Source: Octopus vulgaris (Eukaryota). Taken from it: a stretch of 64,000 nucleotides of DNA. Below, piece after piece: positions 13,372 through 27,129 of the stretch. The position numbers and the translations under genes are program-made. Position 1 is the first letter of the stretch. Each line of letters begins with the position of its first letter. Location of the stretch: positions 107,322,001 to 107,386,000 of the forward strand of contig OX597815.1 of NCBI GenBank assembly GCA_951406725.2, in the 5' to 3' direction. The notes under the pieces are model-generated. The model was not told the origin of the DNA. It searched no databases and saw only the letters and a program-made list of their open reading frames with translations.

Positions 13372-14732
13372 CACATTTGTCCAGAATCATGCCAGACGTG
13401 GAGGGGGAGAGAAAATAATAATTCAGTGAAGGAGAAGTAGTGAGAGTAATAGCCCTGACAGAGAAGGAGTGAGAGAAAGTAATGGCAATGAGAGAAAGGA
13501 AGGCGTGATAGATGAATAAGGAAGGGATGGGTGAAAAATAATCAGTGTTTAAACTCTGTGTAAGTATATGTGTGCATGTGAGTGCGTGAACAAGTGAAGT
13601 ATGTGAATGTTTGTATGTGTGTTTATTATGACCTTATTTTGTACCTTATTTATACATAAAATACTACAGTTAATCATCATTATTGACAGCACGTAGTCAG
13701 CTAGTTTACATAATAAATGCATTTAAAAACAATTCCTTGACTAAGGAAAATTCACAATCACACCATTTCAGTTTCTTGAGATTGCTATTATTTTGTAAAT
13801 ATTTATTGAATTAGATTTTGTTCTGAAACAAAGGCAATGTTTTAGATTAATCCAGGTATTTATGAGTATATTAATACCTAGAATAATTCTTGTAAAATGC
13901 TAATACCAAGAACAAGGGAAGAAATATTAAAGGGAAAACAGAAAAAATATAAAACAACAGAACTACTTGCTCAACTTGTGAGAAATAAGGAAAATGAATC
14001 TTCCTCAAAGCACATCATCATTGGTCGATTGTCCACTTTTTCATACTTGCTTATGTTAGAGAAGTTTATTTGTTAAGACAGATTTTCTATGGCTAGATGC
14101 CCTTCCTATCACTATACCTCATCTGCTTCCAAGTAAGGTAATATTTCCCCATGGTTAGGTATGTCCTAGGCATGGGGAAAGTTGGAAACAGGGGATACTA
14201 ATTGAATGAAAATGGTGCTCATTTACAAGAACACACATGCATCTATACACACATCCTTGCAAACACAAACACACACACACACACACACACACATAGTATT
14301 TTTATATAAGCTTAAAGCTTATGGTGATCACTGTACTATGACTAAGGAAAATAGTGTAAAGGGGCATATAAGCCCTCGACAGAAAAAAGAAGGCTTACCT
14401 ATATATATATATATATATACACACATACACACATGTATATAATGAGCTTCTTCCAGTTTCCATCTGCCAAATTCCCTTACAAGGCTGTGGTCAGCTTTGG
14501 ATTATCATACACTTGTCTAAGGTGCCATGCAGTAGAATTGAACCTAAAACCATGTGGCTGGTTACTGAACTGCTTAACCCCACAACCGTGCCCACATCTA
14601 GTCTTGTCTGTTACTAGACTAGCACTTTACTAGAAATACCTACTGTCTTGAAAAAAATGAAGAATACATTAGATAAAGCTGTGGAAAAATAATAAGGTCT
14701 AATAAAGAAAAGGCATATTGAGAAACATTCAA

Positions 14733-15092
14733 CTCCGGGTTCAGTCCCACTGCGTGGCACCTTGGGCAAGTGTCTTCTACTATAGCCTCGGGCCGACCAA
14801 AGCCTTGTGAGTGGATTTGGTAGACAGAAACTGAAAGAAGCCTGTTGTATATATGTATATATATATATGCGTGTGTGTGTTTGTGTGTCTGTGTTTGTCC
14901 CTCTAGCATTGCTTGACAACCGATGCTGGTGTGTTTATGTCCCCTGTTACTTAGCGGTTCGGCAAAAGAGACTGATAGAATAAGTACTGGGCTTACAAAA
15001 GAATAAGTCCCGAGGTCGAGTTGCTCGATTAAAGGCGGTGCTCCAGCATGGCCGCAGTCAAATGACTGAAATAAGTAAAAGAGTAAAAGAGT
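14733..15092 (+). mobile_element. SINE family A, 5'-truncated
   Basis: Near-identical to 17827-18233. Confidence 0.9.
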
Positions 15093-15443
15093 ATGCTTCT
15101 AATACTCAACATTTAAATTGGACATATCCATAGTCAGTGGAAAATAGTCAAATAGACATTTGCGAGCTTATGAAAACCTAGTAATGTATAGAAATATAGA
15201 TGATAGCAACAGAATGTGATCACAAGAAATATTGACAAAATATTTTTATCAAAACTTTTTTGAAATGTCAGCACAGATATTGTTTTATGAAGCAGAGACA
15301 GAGAGCAAGGAAGGTAGGTATAATGTAAATAGCAGCTGCTCATTGAATGTGCATATATCACTCAGTGACAAAAACAAGTAGATGATATGATACTGTATAC
15401 TGTATATTGTATCTCATCCATACATACACATGCATATATTCGT

Positions 15444-15504
<61 letters not shown>

Positions 15505-15779
15505 TAGATGTTAAAGAATGATGTTAACAATGTATCTATATATATATGAATATATATGTGTATGTATTTAAGAATTTTTTGTGAAATGAGATAAAAAACC
15601 AAGGTTGTGTAAATATTAGAACATTTATAGATAGATGTGTATGTATTTATGTATGTCTGTTCACATGTATGCATATGCATATATATATATATATATATAT
15701 ATAGATAGATAGATGGATGGATATAGATAAATAAATAAATATATGGAGTTAAACGCAGGTATTATTCAATTCTTTATAC

Positions 15780-15864
15780 TTCCAACATATGTTTCGAAGA
15801 AAACATTGTATTATTCCCGAAGGAATAAAATAATGTAAAACAACACAATCTTCTCATCAAGGAA
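15780..15864 (-). ncRNA. Hammerhead motif, left-arm copy (C3U)
   Basis: Minus: TTCC TTGATGA GAAGA...TATTCC TTCG GGAATA...TCTTC GAAA CATATG TT GGAA. Confidence 0.65.
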
Positions 15865-16427
15865 AAGAAGAAACCAAATACATCAACAAGACATTTTAAC
15901 AGAATGTGATGACTGCGTATATGAGGAAGAGAATGGTGGCAAGTCATTTTTCAAAAAAACCATTAATAGATATAATGTCAAAGGCAATTTATAGAAAGAG
16001 AAGGAGGAGAAAGAAAGTAGCAGAAAATTAATAGTGTAGAAATATAGAGCAATAGGTGAATATGTGTAAAGCTTAAAGGCATTGAAATCGATATATTTAG
16101 TGGATATGAAATGTAAGAAAACAGTTAAAGCTTGAGGTCTACGAATATATAGAGCTTGTTCTTTAACTGTTTTCTTAAATTTCATATCCACTAAATATAT
16201 CTATTTCCACGCCTCTAAGCTTTATACGTATTCACCTATTGCTCTATATTTCTTCACTATTAGTTTTCTGCTAATTTCTTTCTTTCCCCTCCTTCTCTTT
16301 CTATAAATCACCTTTGATGTTATATCTATTAACGTTTTTTTTTTAAATGACTTGCTACCATTCTCTTCATCATATATGCAGTCATCACATTCTGTTAAAA
16401 ATGTCTTGTTGATGTGTTTGTTTTTTT

Positions 16428-16514
16428 TTCCCCTGATGAGAAGATTGCATTGTTTTACATTATTTTATTCCTTTAGGAATAATATTAATGTTTTCTTTGA
16501 AACATATGTTGGAA
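16428..16514 (+). ncRNA. Hammerhead motif, right-arm copy
   Basis: TTCCC CTGATGA(16433-39) GAAGA...TCTTT GAAA(16499-502) CATATG TT GGAA; palindromic stem III. Confidence 0.7.
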
Positions 16515-16713
16515 GCATAAAAAATTGAAGAACACCTGTGTTTAACTCCATTTATTTATCTATGTTATACAAAAACATTTCAGTTAACCCTGGAATTTCT
16601 ACCTTTATAAGTAGGCTATCACATCCTTGGTACCTATGTGAATTTTTGCTACCCTGGCAACTATTTATTTATTTTTTCTGTGTTGTTTGTACACATTGAA
16701 AAAATACACATAC

Positions 16714-16759
<46 letters not shown>

Positions 16760-16833
16760 ATATACATATATATATATATATATAAATAGATAGACAGACA
16801 GATCAATTGATAGATAGATAGATATATGTGTAT

Positions 16834-16884
<51 letters not shown>

Positions 16885-17273
16885 CACACATACACACACA
16901 TATCCACATATCTACTACTTGTATTTATATTTGATGATCTTCATTATTTTAGCAGAAAGCTTAAGAAATTATGCACACATGCACACACACATGCACACAT
17001 ACACACACATACACACACACACGCATACATGCACATGCATTCCACCACACTTACAACTGCATATAATATTGATATCCTAGTAATTATTGTTAAGTCAACC
17101 GTGTACTCTTATGCATATAAGTTATGTCATTCACAATACATCAAAAGTTTTGTCGAGGTATCAAGTAAATTTGCTCTAATATCATTCGTAGTTTAAGAGT
17201 GTGAGTTTAATGAGTCTTCAGTTCAATCCTCATTCCTTCATGGAACCACTTCCACTGTGAAAGACTACATATA

Positions 17274-17731
17274 CAAGGAGTTGGACAAAATAATGAAAAC
17301 ACCTTCAACTTTCAAACAAATTTATTTTAATATGGGGTAGGACTGCCTTTGGCAATAATTGTAGCTTGAATTCTACAAGATATGGACTTGTACAAAGTTT
17401 GAATTGCTTCCAAAGGAAGTTTTGTCCCTTTTTCAGCTAAAACAGTCTCTAGTTCTTGTAGTGGTGATGGTGGAGGATATCAACTCCTTACTTGTTTTTC
17501 TAAAATGCACCATAAATGTTCAATGATATTGAGATCTGTCATTTTAATGAATTTTAATTACCTTCTTCTGATGATATCTGAAAAGAAACAGCAATTTTAG
17601 CAAAACATATTAAGCAACACTAATAACAAATCAAAAAACATAAAAATAAACAAGCTTTTGATGGTTTTATAAATATTTCAAAATTATGATGCTATGATGC
17701 TAGGTGTCTCCATTATTTCATCCAACTCATG
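17274..17731 (-). mobile_element. Tc1-like internally deleted element with both TIRs
   Basis: TIRs CAAGGAGTTGGACAAAATAATGAAAACACCT / AGGTGTCTCCATTATTTCATCCAACTCATG with TA on both sides; minus strand encodes DLNIIEHLWCILEKQV...AKGSPTPY. Confidence 0.88.
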
Positions 17732-17826
17732 TATATGGATGTAACTAATCTCATCTTCATTATAAAGCATTGTGTAATATTAGATTGGCCCTCAATTTGT
17801 AAGAAAGCACTAAATTCATTATCATA

Positions 17827-18233
17827 GGTGCAGGAGTGGCTGTGTGGTAAGTAGCTTGTTTACCAACCACATGGTTCCGGGTTCAGTCCCACTGTGTGGC
17901 ACCTTGGGCAAGTGTCTTCTACTATAGCCTCGGGCCAACCAAAGCCTTGTGAGTGGATTTGGTAGATGGAAACTGAAAGAAGCCCGTCGTATATATGTAT
18001 ATATATATATATGCATGTGTGTGTTTGTGTATCTGTGTTTGTCCGTCTAGCATTGCTTGACAACCGATGCTGGTGTGTTTACGTCCCCGCTACTTAGCGG
18101 TTCGGCAAAAGAGACCGATAGATTAAGTACTGGGCTCGCAAAGAATAAGTCCCGGGGTCGATTTGCTCGACTAAAGGCGGTGCTCCAGCATGGCTGCAGT
18201 CAAATGATTGAAACAAGTAAAAGAGTAAAAGAG
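17827..18233 (+). mobile_element. tRNA-derived SINE family A, full length
   Basis: A-box TGGCTGTGTGG, B-box GGTTCAGTCCC, CCTTGGGCAAG core, central (TA/TG)n, tail GGCGGTGCTCCAGCATGG...GAAACAAGTAAAAGAGTAAAAGA. Confidence 0.9.
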
Positions 18234-18816
18234 TATAATGTCTTAATAAGTGAAGGTGCATAGCTCAGTGGTTTGAGCATTGGGCTCACAGTAGTCAGTT
18301 TGATTCCTGGACCAGACTGTGTATTGTGTTTTTGAGCACGACATTTTATTTCACATGGCTCCAGTTCACTCAGATGTAGAAATGGGTAACAATGTCACTG
18401 GCACCAAACTGTATTGCATTTTGGGATAGTGTTTTTTTTTTTTTTTTTTACCAAATAAACACATGAGAATGCAATAAACAGGACAGAAGGAGACATGTGG
18501 GATAGTGAGTCCCTGAAGGGGTCACAGGATGTGTGACAAAAGATTTCAGACAAAGGACACTAACATAAGAATAATAAAAAAGCTGAAGTGAAGAATGAAT
18601 ATGTAATGTGTGTATTTATTTTTACTGGCAAAAAAAAAAAAAAAAAAAAGAAACAACTATCTCTAAATATAACAATATTTGTTGCAACACACTATTTCAT
18701 ATTAGGAATCTTGCAGAATAAATACATAGACGTAATTCATAAAATTACTATTATAAAGTCCAAGCAATAATAATAGTTGTATTTCATTAGATATTTCATG
18801 TAGAGAAAACAGTATA

Positions 18817-19039
18817 CAGTAACCCCTCGCCATATCATGGTTCACCTATCATGGTTTATTATTTAAGCTTACTTCGATTCCTCTGTGGTGTTGTTTTGCA
18901 TTTATAATAAAATAAATATATACAAATTATAAAAATAATAAGAAAGAATATACAGTATAGTACTGTTTCTACTTCATGGATTTTCACCCATCGCAGGGAT
19001 TTTTGGAACTTATCACCTGCAATAGTCGAGGGATTACTG
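18817..19039. mobile_element. pogo/Tigger-like MITE
   Basis: TIRs CAGTAACCCCTCG / CGAGGGATTACTG with TA TSD. Confidence 0.8.
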
Positions 19040-19166
19040 TATGTGTCTGCACACTTTTACCCACTTCTCCCACTTCCTCACTCCTGGCCACTATCTTTAA
19101 TAAAGACATGTGATTTATTCCCTGGCAACTCATTACTTCTTCTTCATCTATGTATAGGAACAATAT

Positions 19167-19554
19167 GTGGAGGCGCAATGGCCCAGTGGTTAGGGCAGCG
19201 GACTCGCGGTCATAGCATCGCGGTTTCGATTCCCAGACCGGGCGTTGTGAATGTTTATTGAGCGAAAACACCTAAAGCTCCACGAGGCTCCGGCAGGGGA
19301 TGGTGGTGATCCCTGCTGTACTCTTTCACCACAACTTTCTCTCACTCTTACTTCCTGTTTCTGCTGTACCTGTATTTCAAAGGGCCGGCTTTGTCACTCT
19401 CTGTGTCACGCTGAATATCCCCAAGAACTACGTTAAGGGTACACGTGTCTGTGGAGTGCTCAGTCACTTACACGTTAATTTCACGAGCAGGCTGTTCCGT
19501 TGATTCGGATCAACCGGAACCCTCGTCGTCATAACCGACGGAGTGCTTCCATCC
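19167..19554 (+). mobile_element. Young tRNA(Arg-like)-derived SINE with TSD
   Basis: A-box TGGCCCAGTGG, B-box GTTTCGATTCC; CpG-rich; 13-bp TSD ATAGGAACAATAT / ATAGGTACAATGT. Related heads at 18252+, 28685- and 47130+. Confidence 0.85.
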
Positions 19555-19724
19555 ATAGGTACAATGTTTGGGTGTACTACCTCTTGTCATTCATACTTTC
19601 TTATATGTGTGTATATGTGTGAAGTATATGTATGTGCATTTGTGCACATGTGAATGTGTGGTGAGATGGGTGTATGTATAATGCTTACATATATAGATAT
19701 GAAATATCATTCCTCCAGTATATT

Positions 19725-20150
19725 TAGGTAGGCGGGGGAGCCAGGCTAGCGGAGTTCTGTGATGTAAATGACCTAATGATCAGCAACATAAACTTCAGGG
19801 AACCATCCAGCCAGCCAGCCAGTCGGCCAGCCAGTTCACCTGATCAGCTATCAATCTGGTGGCCACACGAGCCAGATTGAAGACATTCACAGCAGAAAAA
19901 CGGAATAGACAGATTCTTGTGAATGCAAAGTTTTTCTCTTGTGAAGAATGTGCATACCAACACAAGTTAATGATTAGAGAGTTCAGACTGAGAGCTTGGA
20001 GGACTCAGAGACACAGACCAGAATATAAAAGTGAGATGTGGATGCTTAATGATACAAGATGATATTGTTGAAGCACTTGATAAAAAGGAGGAGGAGGAGG
20101 AGGAGGCTATAGAGATATTTAGCACAGAAGTCAACAAAAAGTTCCAATGA
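19725..20150 (+). mobile_element. RTE LINE apurinic-endonuclease fragment
   Basis: RLAEFCDVNDLMISNINF...HLISYQSGGHTSQIED...NAKFFSCEECAYQHKLMI resembles the APE C-terminal motifs of RTE elements. Confidence 0.7.
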
Positions 20151-20676
20151 TGCTGGTATGTTTACATTCCAATAACTTAGTGGTTCAGCAAAAGATACCG
20201 GTAGAATAAATACTAGGCTTACAAAGAATAAGTCCTAAGGTAAGTTTTTTTGACTAAAGGCAGTGCTCTAGTATGGTCACAGTCAAATGACTGAAACAAG
20301 TAAAAGAGTAAGAGAATAATGTAAAATTGGTCATAAGATGTAAGCTACTTGGTTGTCCAATCCTTTACTGACAGCCATCTTAATTGTTTTGTATGTATTT
20401 TCTTATGATTTCTGCAGGTTTTTACTGCTGTACGACAAGAGTCATCCACTCTGCTAGAAATAGAAACCAAACTTCCTTTATATCATACTCTATCATCTTA
20501 AAAAATAAAAGACGCAATAAGACATTTGGTAATTTAGTTCTGGAGGTATAACAATATAAATGTAGATTGGAAGGTCATAGATGGAACATCTTTAGTTACG
20601 AATCTACGCCAACAGGGCAGGACTGACATAGAGCAAAAACAACAAACACAAAATGCAGTTGTGTGCATGCAACATA

Positions 20677-20707
<31 letters not shown>

Positions 20708-20731
20708 CCATACTCATGTGTATGTGTGTGT

Positions 20732-20768
<37 letters not shown>

Positions 20769-21429
20769 TGTGTGTCCATCCATGCATGCTTACACACACA
20801 TGCATCCATATGCAATTTATTATGCAATATTTCCTTCCCTTTGAAAATGTTTTAATGTATTGCACTGATGGATTGATTGCCTGCTAGAAACCATGAGGCT
20901 TGCTTAGTATAAACCTCATCAAAGTAAATTATTTCTGCAGGATATGATGAAAGACAGAAAAAAAAAATCAAAACAGGTAAAGAATGAAAGCAAAAATATT
21001 TTCAAAGTGACATTCGGCATTAAATTCAGAGAATAGTATTAGCTAACACATGCCTTACTACAACAATTGCAATATAGTGCAATTTACATTTGCATCTTAT
21101 GTCAATAAAATCATCTCAAAATTCCCAATTTAGTCATATAGCTGCTTAATAATGAAGTTACTTATGCATTTACTTTATTTGTATTTTATTTAGATATATT
21201 TTGCTTTCCTGCGCATTTCTTTTTTATTATGTTTTTAAGAGCATTTAAATTATTTTTTGTTCTGTGCAGCCTTAGGTTGGAATAGTAATGAAGATACAAA
21301 AGAAAAAAAATGCCTGCCTCACTGAAAAATTATCATATTTTATTAAATAGCATGCCATCACTAACTGTAACTTTTAAACCAGTTATGGGCAAACTGTGGC
21401 CCATAGGATTTTTTGAATGGTATGCTAAA

Positions 21430-21649
21430 CCCTTTAGCAGTTAAACTGGTTATATCCAACCAAAATATTCTACTGTTTTATGTTCAAACTAGCCGGATCT
21501 GGCCACTACCATCTACCCTATAATGTAATTCTAGAAATAAGCAATCAGATCTTTTTAAATCTCAAAGCTACAAGACGATACATGATTAACTCAAAACAAT
21601 GTGAATAAACAAACAATGCATTTGTCAAAATAACCTGAATGCTAAAGGG
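21430..21649. mobile_element. piggyBac-like MITE nested in a hAT-like MITE (about 21380-21752)
   Basis: CCCTTTAGCA...TGCTAAAGGG termini with TAAA/TTAA flanks; second copy in opposite orientation at 56951-57146. Confidence 0.75.
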
Positions 21650-22174
21650 TTAAATGGAAAATTACCTTGAATTTTTTTAGTACTGTAGCCTATGTGATGA
21701 GGAGCCATGTCTCCTGTGGTCCACATCTTGAAAAAAGCTGCCCATATGCTTGCATTAAACTGTAGCATAGAAGTGGTAACAGGCAAACTAGTAAAGGGCT
21801 GTCCTAGTGTGAATCAGAATGGAAATAAAAACAAAGCAAAGGCATGAATTTTGGTGTTACCAAGTTGAAGGCTGGCATTTCTAGCACAGCATTATACCTG
21901 TGAAGAATTGTTTGAGTGAAGTTGTGGTGACAATTTTTTAGTAAGAGAGACTAAAAATGTATGGAGTTATGTCCATTATATGCACAAAAGAAAGAGGAGG
22001 AGAAAATAATTCTGTCTGTAGACTTTGAATAATTGAAATTGACAGCAAGCAAGCATTAATATCTATGTGTCTTGAAACACAATGGCAGCGCTATTTTATT
22101 GAACATTTTGTGTCGTGGTTTAGTACTCATATTTTGGATATTAGAAGTTTTTGTTACATGTATAAAACATGGGA

Positions 22175-22330
22175 ACTTCTATGGGGTTGTTCAACCGGCT
22201 AGAAATAGTAACTAAGCCTCTTAGATATCATATCCTACCATTTTAAAAATAAAATCATGTCTGGGGATGAATGTTTGGAATGTTTCGATCATATCTTCTT
22301 GATGAGGGCTTACCTGTGAATAAACAACAA
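22175..22330 (+). repeat. Old interspersed repeat (family D) ending in (CAA)n
   Basis: Motifs GCTAGAAATAGCAGCCAAATCT...GGAATGCCTTTGATCATAGG recur at about 5915, 20445, 27950, 32400(-), 41670(-), 42265, 55750(-) and 62160. Confidence 0.6.
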
Positions 22331-22373
22331 GAACAAGAACAAGAACAACAACAGCAGCAGCAGCAGCAACAGC

Positions 22374-22405
<32 letters not shown>

Positions 22406-24377
22406 GACTGATCAGTTTTACTCCTGTTTTCCTTTGGCAATCATTTCTTATCAAATAGATGTCTTACCATGTTTTATATCCTTATTCTCACATTAGCTCC
22501 TCTTCTTCAGTTATATCAAATGTACATCACATTTGCCCAGATATATGTGTAGATATTATACCAGAATCTTAGGCCATAGACTGTTTTGGTTGGTCTAACA
22601 CATTAATATCCATTATTTAAATATCTTTCATATATAAATTCTATTAATGTAGATTTCATTATTTCCATTATTTTTCAAAAAAAAAAACCCAAATAAACTG
22701 AAAGACAGTGTATTTAGGATGACATTATCCAATATCAATTTCTCTTTATTTTAAATGATAGAGTGTGATTTGATGGAAATTTGGCTGCTATTTTTAGCAG
22801 TCAAGTTTCTAACCACTTTGTGTTGATGGAATACATTTCCTCTATGATAAAGTAATATTTTACTTTCATTAATTACTACTAAAGAAAATTGTTATTTGCA
22901 ATAATTTTGTTTACCTTGAATGAATGGAAACAGTGCAGTGATGACCTTTTAGCCTCATAGGTCACAAATCAATCTTATTAGTGTTGGTGTCTTGATTAAA
23001 ATATACCCAGCACACTCTGTAAATATTAACAAATGAACAGAGAAAGTGTAAGTTTGAAAGAACCATTTAGTTTGGCCAAGGACAAAGCAATCTTTCAAGA
23101 GTTTGTGTTACAATAAAATGCACCCTACACACATGGTTAACAAATGAGGAGGATAAAAGTTGGGTTAAGAGGGCCTTTATTCGGGCCATGGACAAAACAA
23201 TCTCTATGGAACTGGTATCATAATAAAATGCACCCAGTGCATCGTCAAAGTGGCTGGTGATAGGAGAAGCATCCAACTATAGAAACCATGTCAAAATGAA
23301 ATGTTTTGAGCAAGATGTTAGATTCAAATCTGTCTAAGATGTCAGTAATTTTGAATGAGAACTGACTTGGATCATAATGACTTACTTAACCTATGCTAGG
23401 GTGAAAAGTGGATGCAAAAATTATGCTGCTGCTGTTGATAATGTGATAATGACAATGATGGTGATGACAATGACAATGATAACAACAATGGTGATGAAGA
23501 TAGACATAATGATTATGATAGAATGGAAGATATAATTCCCAGGAAAAGGGATCTTCAATTTGCTATGGATTCTGAGCTCCAAATCACTTTATTCATACTA
23601 CAACTACCTTTGATAAATATACATACTTGAGAAAATGGGACAGCCTTTAAGGTGTTAAATAACTGCTAAAAATGAGTTTTGCAAAGTGCCATTTCTCACT
23701 AAATTTGCTGATAAATTTATCAGAAGAGCCCTGTAGCTAGTTTTCATAGTTTACAAGTCATGCAGAATCCAGTGTCCAACATAGACTTCAACTGATTATT
23801 AAGAAATTATCTGCCTAAGGAATACATAATCACTTCTTTTGTTCCTGTTCTTATTGTTGTTGTTGATAATTCCATTAATTTCATTCAAATAAAACAAATG
23901 ATAAAACAGTAGTCAGTTAAACACTTAGTATTTGATAAAACAGTAGTCCAACTTGTTGGACAAATCAGAATAAAGAGTCAGATGAAGAGTAGCATCCTTG
24001 ACACTTTTTATTCAAAGACTCATTGGCTGACGTAAGGAAGGGAAGAATGTTATCTATGGACTGGAGATTGGGTCTGAAACACAGTGAACACAATTAGAGG
24101 TATCCAAGGACAAGAATTAAAATCAAGTAATGGTATTATCATTATTAAAGCTTGAGATAAGCTGGCAAACTGGCAGAATTGTTAGCAGACCAGACAAAAT
24201 GTTTAATGGCATTTTGTTCATCTTTATATTCTGAGTTCAACTTCTGCTAAAACCAATTTTGTTTTGCATCCTTTTGGGATAGATAAGATGTGTACCAGTC
24301 AAGAACTGGTGTTGATGTAACTGACTTACTTCCTTCCCCAACATTGCTTGCCTTGTGCCAAAATTTGAAACTTGAAA

Positions 24378-24432
<55 letters not shown>

Positions 24433-24442
24433 TATTATTATA

Positions 24443-24480
<38 letters not shown>

Positions 24481-25291
24481 AGTGATGAGCATGTGCAGTG
24501 AAACGCTTAGCAGTATTTTGTGTCTTGACATTCTGAGTTCATATTCCAACTGAGGTCAGTGTTGCTTTTCATCCTTTCAAGGTTGATAAAACAAGTACCA
24601 GTTGAACACTGGGGTTGATGTAATAAACTAGACCCCTCCCACAAAATTTCAGGTCTTGTACTTATCGTAGAAAGGATTATCAAAAAGAAGACTCAGGAGT
24701 TATTAGAGAATCGGATAAATTTCCATGCAGTATTTGTTCTGGCTCTTAACATTCTGAGTTCAAATACTACTGAGGTCAACTTTGCCTTTCACCCTTTTGG
24801 GTCAATGAAATAAAGTACCAGTAATATCAACTGCACCTATTATGTTACAGTTTTAAATTTTTGCTTTTAAAGCAAAGACTTTATTATTTGCCATTGCCTT
24901 AGTTAATCTTGCTGTTAGATTAAGGTACATCATCTGAGAATATAACAAACATTGGTTTCAAATTTTGGCTCAAGACCAGCAATTTTGTGGGTGGGGTGGA
25001 AGTTGATTACATCAACCCCATGCTCAACTGGTTCTTATTTTATTGCCCTTGAAAGGATAAAAGGCAAAGTTGACCTTGATGGAATTTGCACTCAGAATGT
25101 ATAGATGGATGAAATGCTGCTAAGCATTTTGCCTGGTGTGCTAATAGTTCTGCCAGCTTGCCACCTTAAGAATATAACAAATATTAGACTGACACTCTAT
25201 CCAAGGTAAGATTTATCTCTTACACCATGGAAGTGATACCATGTACTGGCCTTTAAATTTAATATTCCTTCCTTCTTTCCTTCTTTTCTCC

Positions 25292-25322
<31 letters not shown>

Positions 25323-25370
25323 TTTTCTTACTTTTTTCTTTCTTTCTTTCTTTCTTTTTTCTTACTTTTT

Positions 25371-25406
<36 letters not shown>

Positions 25407-25671
25407 ACACCATTTGTGAACTCTAGAGTTGTTGGTTACAGGTACATCCAAGCAGCCAATTTCAGGTATATCCACGTGGCTGAGTGGCCATCTGATGATG
25501 AATGTAACAAGAACATTGTCGCAAGTTCTTGATCATTGTTGCGAGTTCTGGTATTTTTGTGTTTGCTGAAGACCATTGGCACATGATAGGTTGTGAGAAA
25601 GAATGATGTTATATTCCATTAAATGATCAAAAGATTGGGATGACTGAATGAAGTATAAATAGGGCAAACTC

Positions 25672-25864
25672 CAATATGCTTAGCGGTATTTCGTCAGCTG
25701 TTACGTTCTGAGTTCAAATTCCACCGATGTTGACTTTGCCTTTCATTTTTCGGGGTCGATTAAATAAGTACCAGTTACGCACTGGGGTCGATGTAATCGA
25801 CTTAATCCCTTTGTCTGTCCTTGTTTGTCCCCTCTATGTTTAGCCCCTTGTGAGCAATAAAGAA
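25672..25864 (+). mobile_element. 5'-truncated family B SINE with alternative tail and TSD
   Basis: TSD ATAAATAGGGCAARCTC on both sides; tail TGTCTGTCCTTGTTTGTCC...AGCCCCTTGTG. Confidence 0.85.
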
Positions 25865-26133
25865 ATAAATAGGGCAAGCTCATGAATGTTCAACCATATT
25901 TTATTGATAGAAAACTGTGCATATAAATACACAAATTATCAGAGATTCACTGGTTATTGGAATTGTAAGTAGGAATACATTTAGTGTGTTGACTTAGACA
26001 TTAGCAATCTGGGAAAGAAGAAAATGCAGACACAAAAACTGCTGCACATTGTTAAAGCTTGAGGAAGAGAACAGTGAGGACTCTTACTTAAAGGTTTATT
26101 GTGGTCTGCCGTGATTTAGGTGCCAAACTGTTT

Positions 26134-26540
26134 CATCATCATCATCATCATCATCATCGTTTAGCATCCGCTTTACATGCTAGCATGGGTTGGACGATTT
26201 GACTGAGGACTGGTGAGCCAGATGGCTGCATCAGGCTCCAATCTGATCTGGCAGAGTTTCTACAGCTGGATGCCCTTCCTAACGCCAACCACTCTGAGAG
26301 TGTAGCAGGTGCTTTTACGTGCCACCAGCACGAGAGCCAGTCAGGCGGTACTGGCAACGGACATGCCCAAATGGTGTTTTTACGTGCCACCTGCACAGAA
26401 GCCAGTCCAGCGGCACTGGCAATGACCTTGCTTGAATGTTTTTTCATGTGCCAGTAAGGTGATGCTGGTAATGATCACGCTCAAATGGTGCTTTTTATGT
26501 GCCACCAGCACTGAAGCCAGTTAGCTGCTCTGGCAACAAT
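26134..26540 (-). mobile_element. RTE LINE 3' end (family C)
   Basis: (CAT)n tail, terminal domain and three tandem 3'-UTR units. Confidence 0.85.
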
Positions 26541-26790
26541 CAAATTGGGTAAAAAGGCATGAATCTCTAGAATAATCGAGAAACTGTCAATGCCACAGCT
26601 TCAAACTGATTGGTCAATTTTCAGATCAATCCTGTGAACCTTCCCTATAAAGCAGGGAAGAACAAATATCAAAAAGACTTCTCTTGAAGAGCACCATTTT
26701 TTAGTTTTCTTGGAGATGTCTACATCCTTGACCACATACACACACACACACAAGTATATGCTTGTATGTGTGTATGTGTGTGCGTGCATA

Positions 26791-26829
<39 letters not shown>

Positions 26830-27129
26830 CTGCATGTGTGTGATGGGCTCTTCTGTACAGTTTCCATCCATTAAATTCTGTATATTCTATATTAAAATGT
26901 TATGATTTTAATAGGAAGTAGACTGCTACACACCTGCAATCACCCACAGAGCCCTCTAATGAGCATGAATATCAAAGATGCTGAAGATGACTGATTACTT
27001 TGATCTGAAGTTGAGCATTTGAAGCAGCTAAAATCAGATGTCTAGGCTAAGGACACAGAATAGTACTGGGGTTGAAGATATTAAATATAGAGCTTTTGAG
27101 TTGTAGTTCAATGTCTTCTAGACTTTACC

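Larger units (their letters stand above)
15743..16551. repeat. Long imperfect inverted repeat (about 390-bp arms, 30-bp spacer), PLE terminal-repeat-like
   Basis: 15743-16130 is the reverse complement of 16161-16551. An unpaired tail continues to about 16716, and (TA)n-type tracts flank both sides. Confidence 0.92.

Noticed and set aside
19170-19245. tRNA gene
   Set aside because: It is the SINE head: no acceptor stem or terminator, and it continues into a SINE body bounded by a TSD.
25430-26720. Fragmented, possibly transposase-derived sequence between SINE insertions
   Set aside because: Too decayed to assign without a search.
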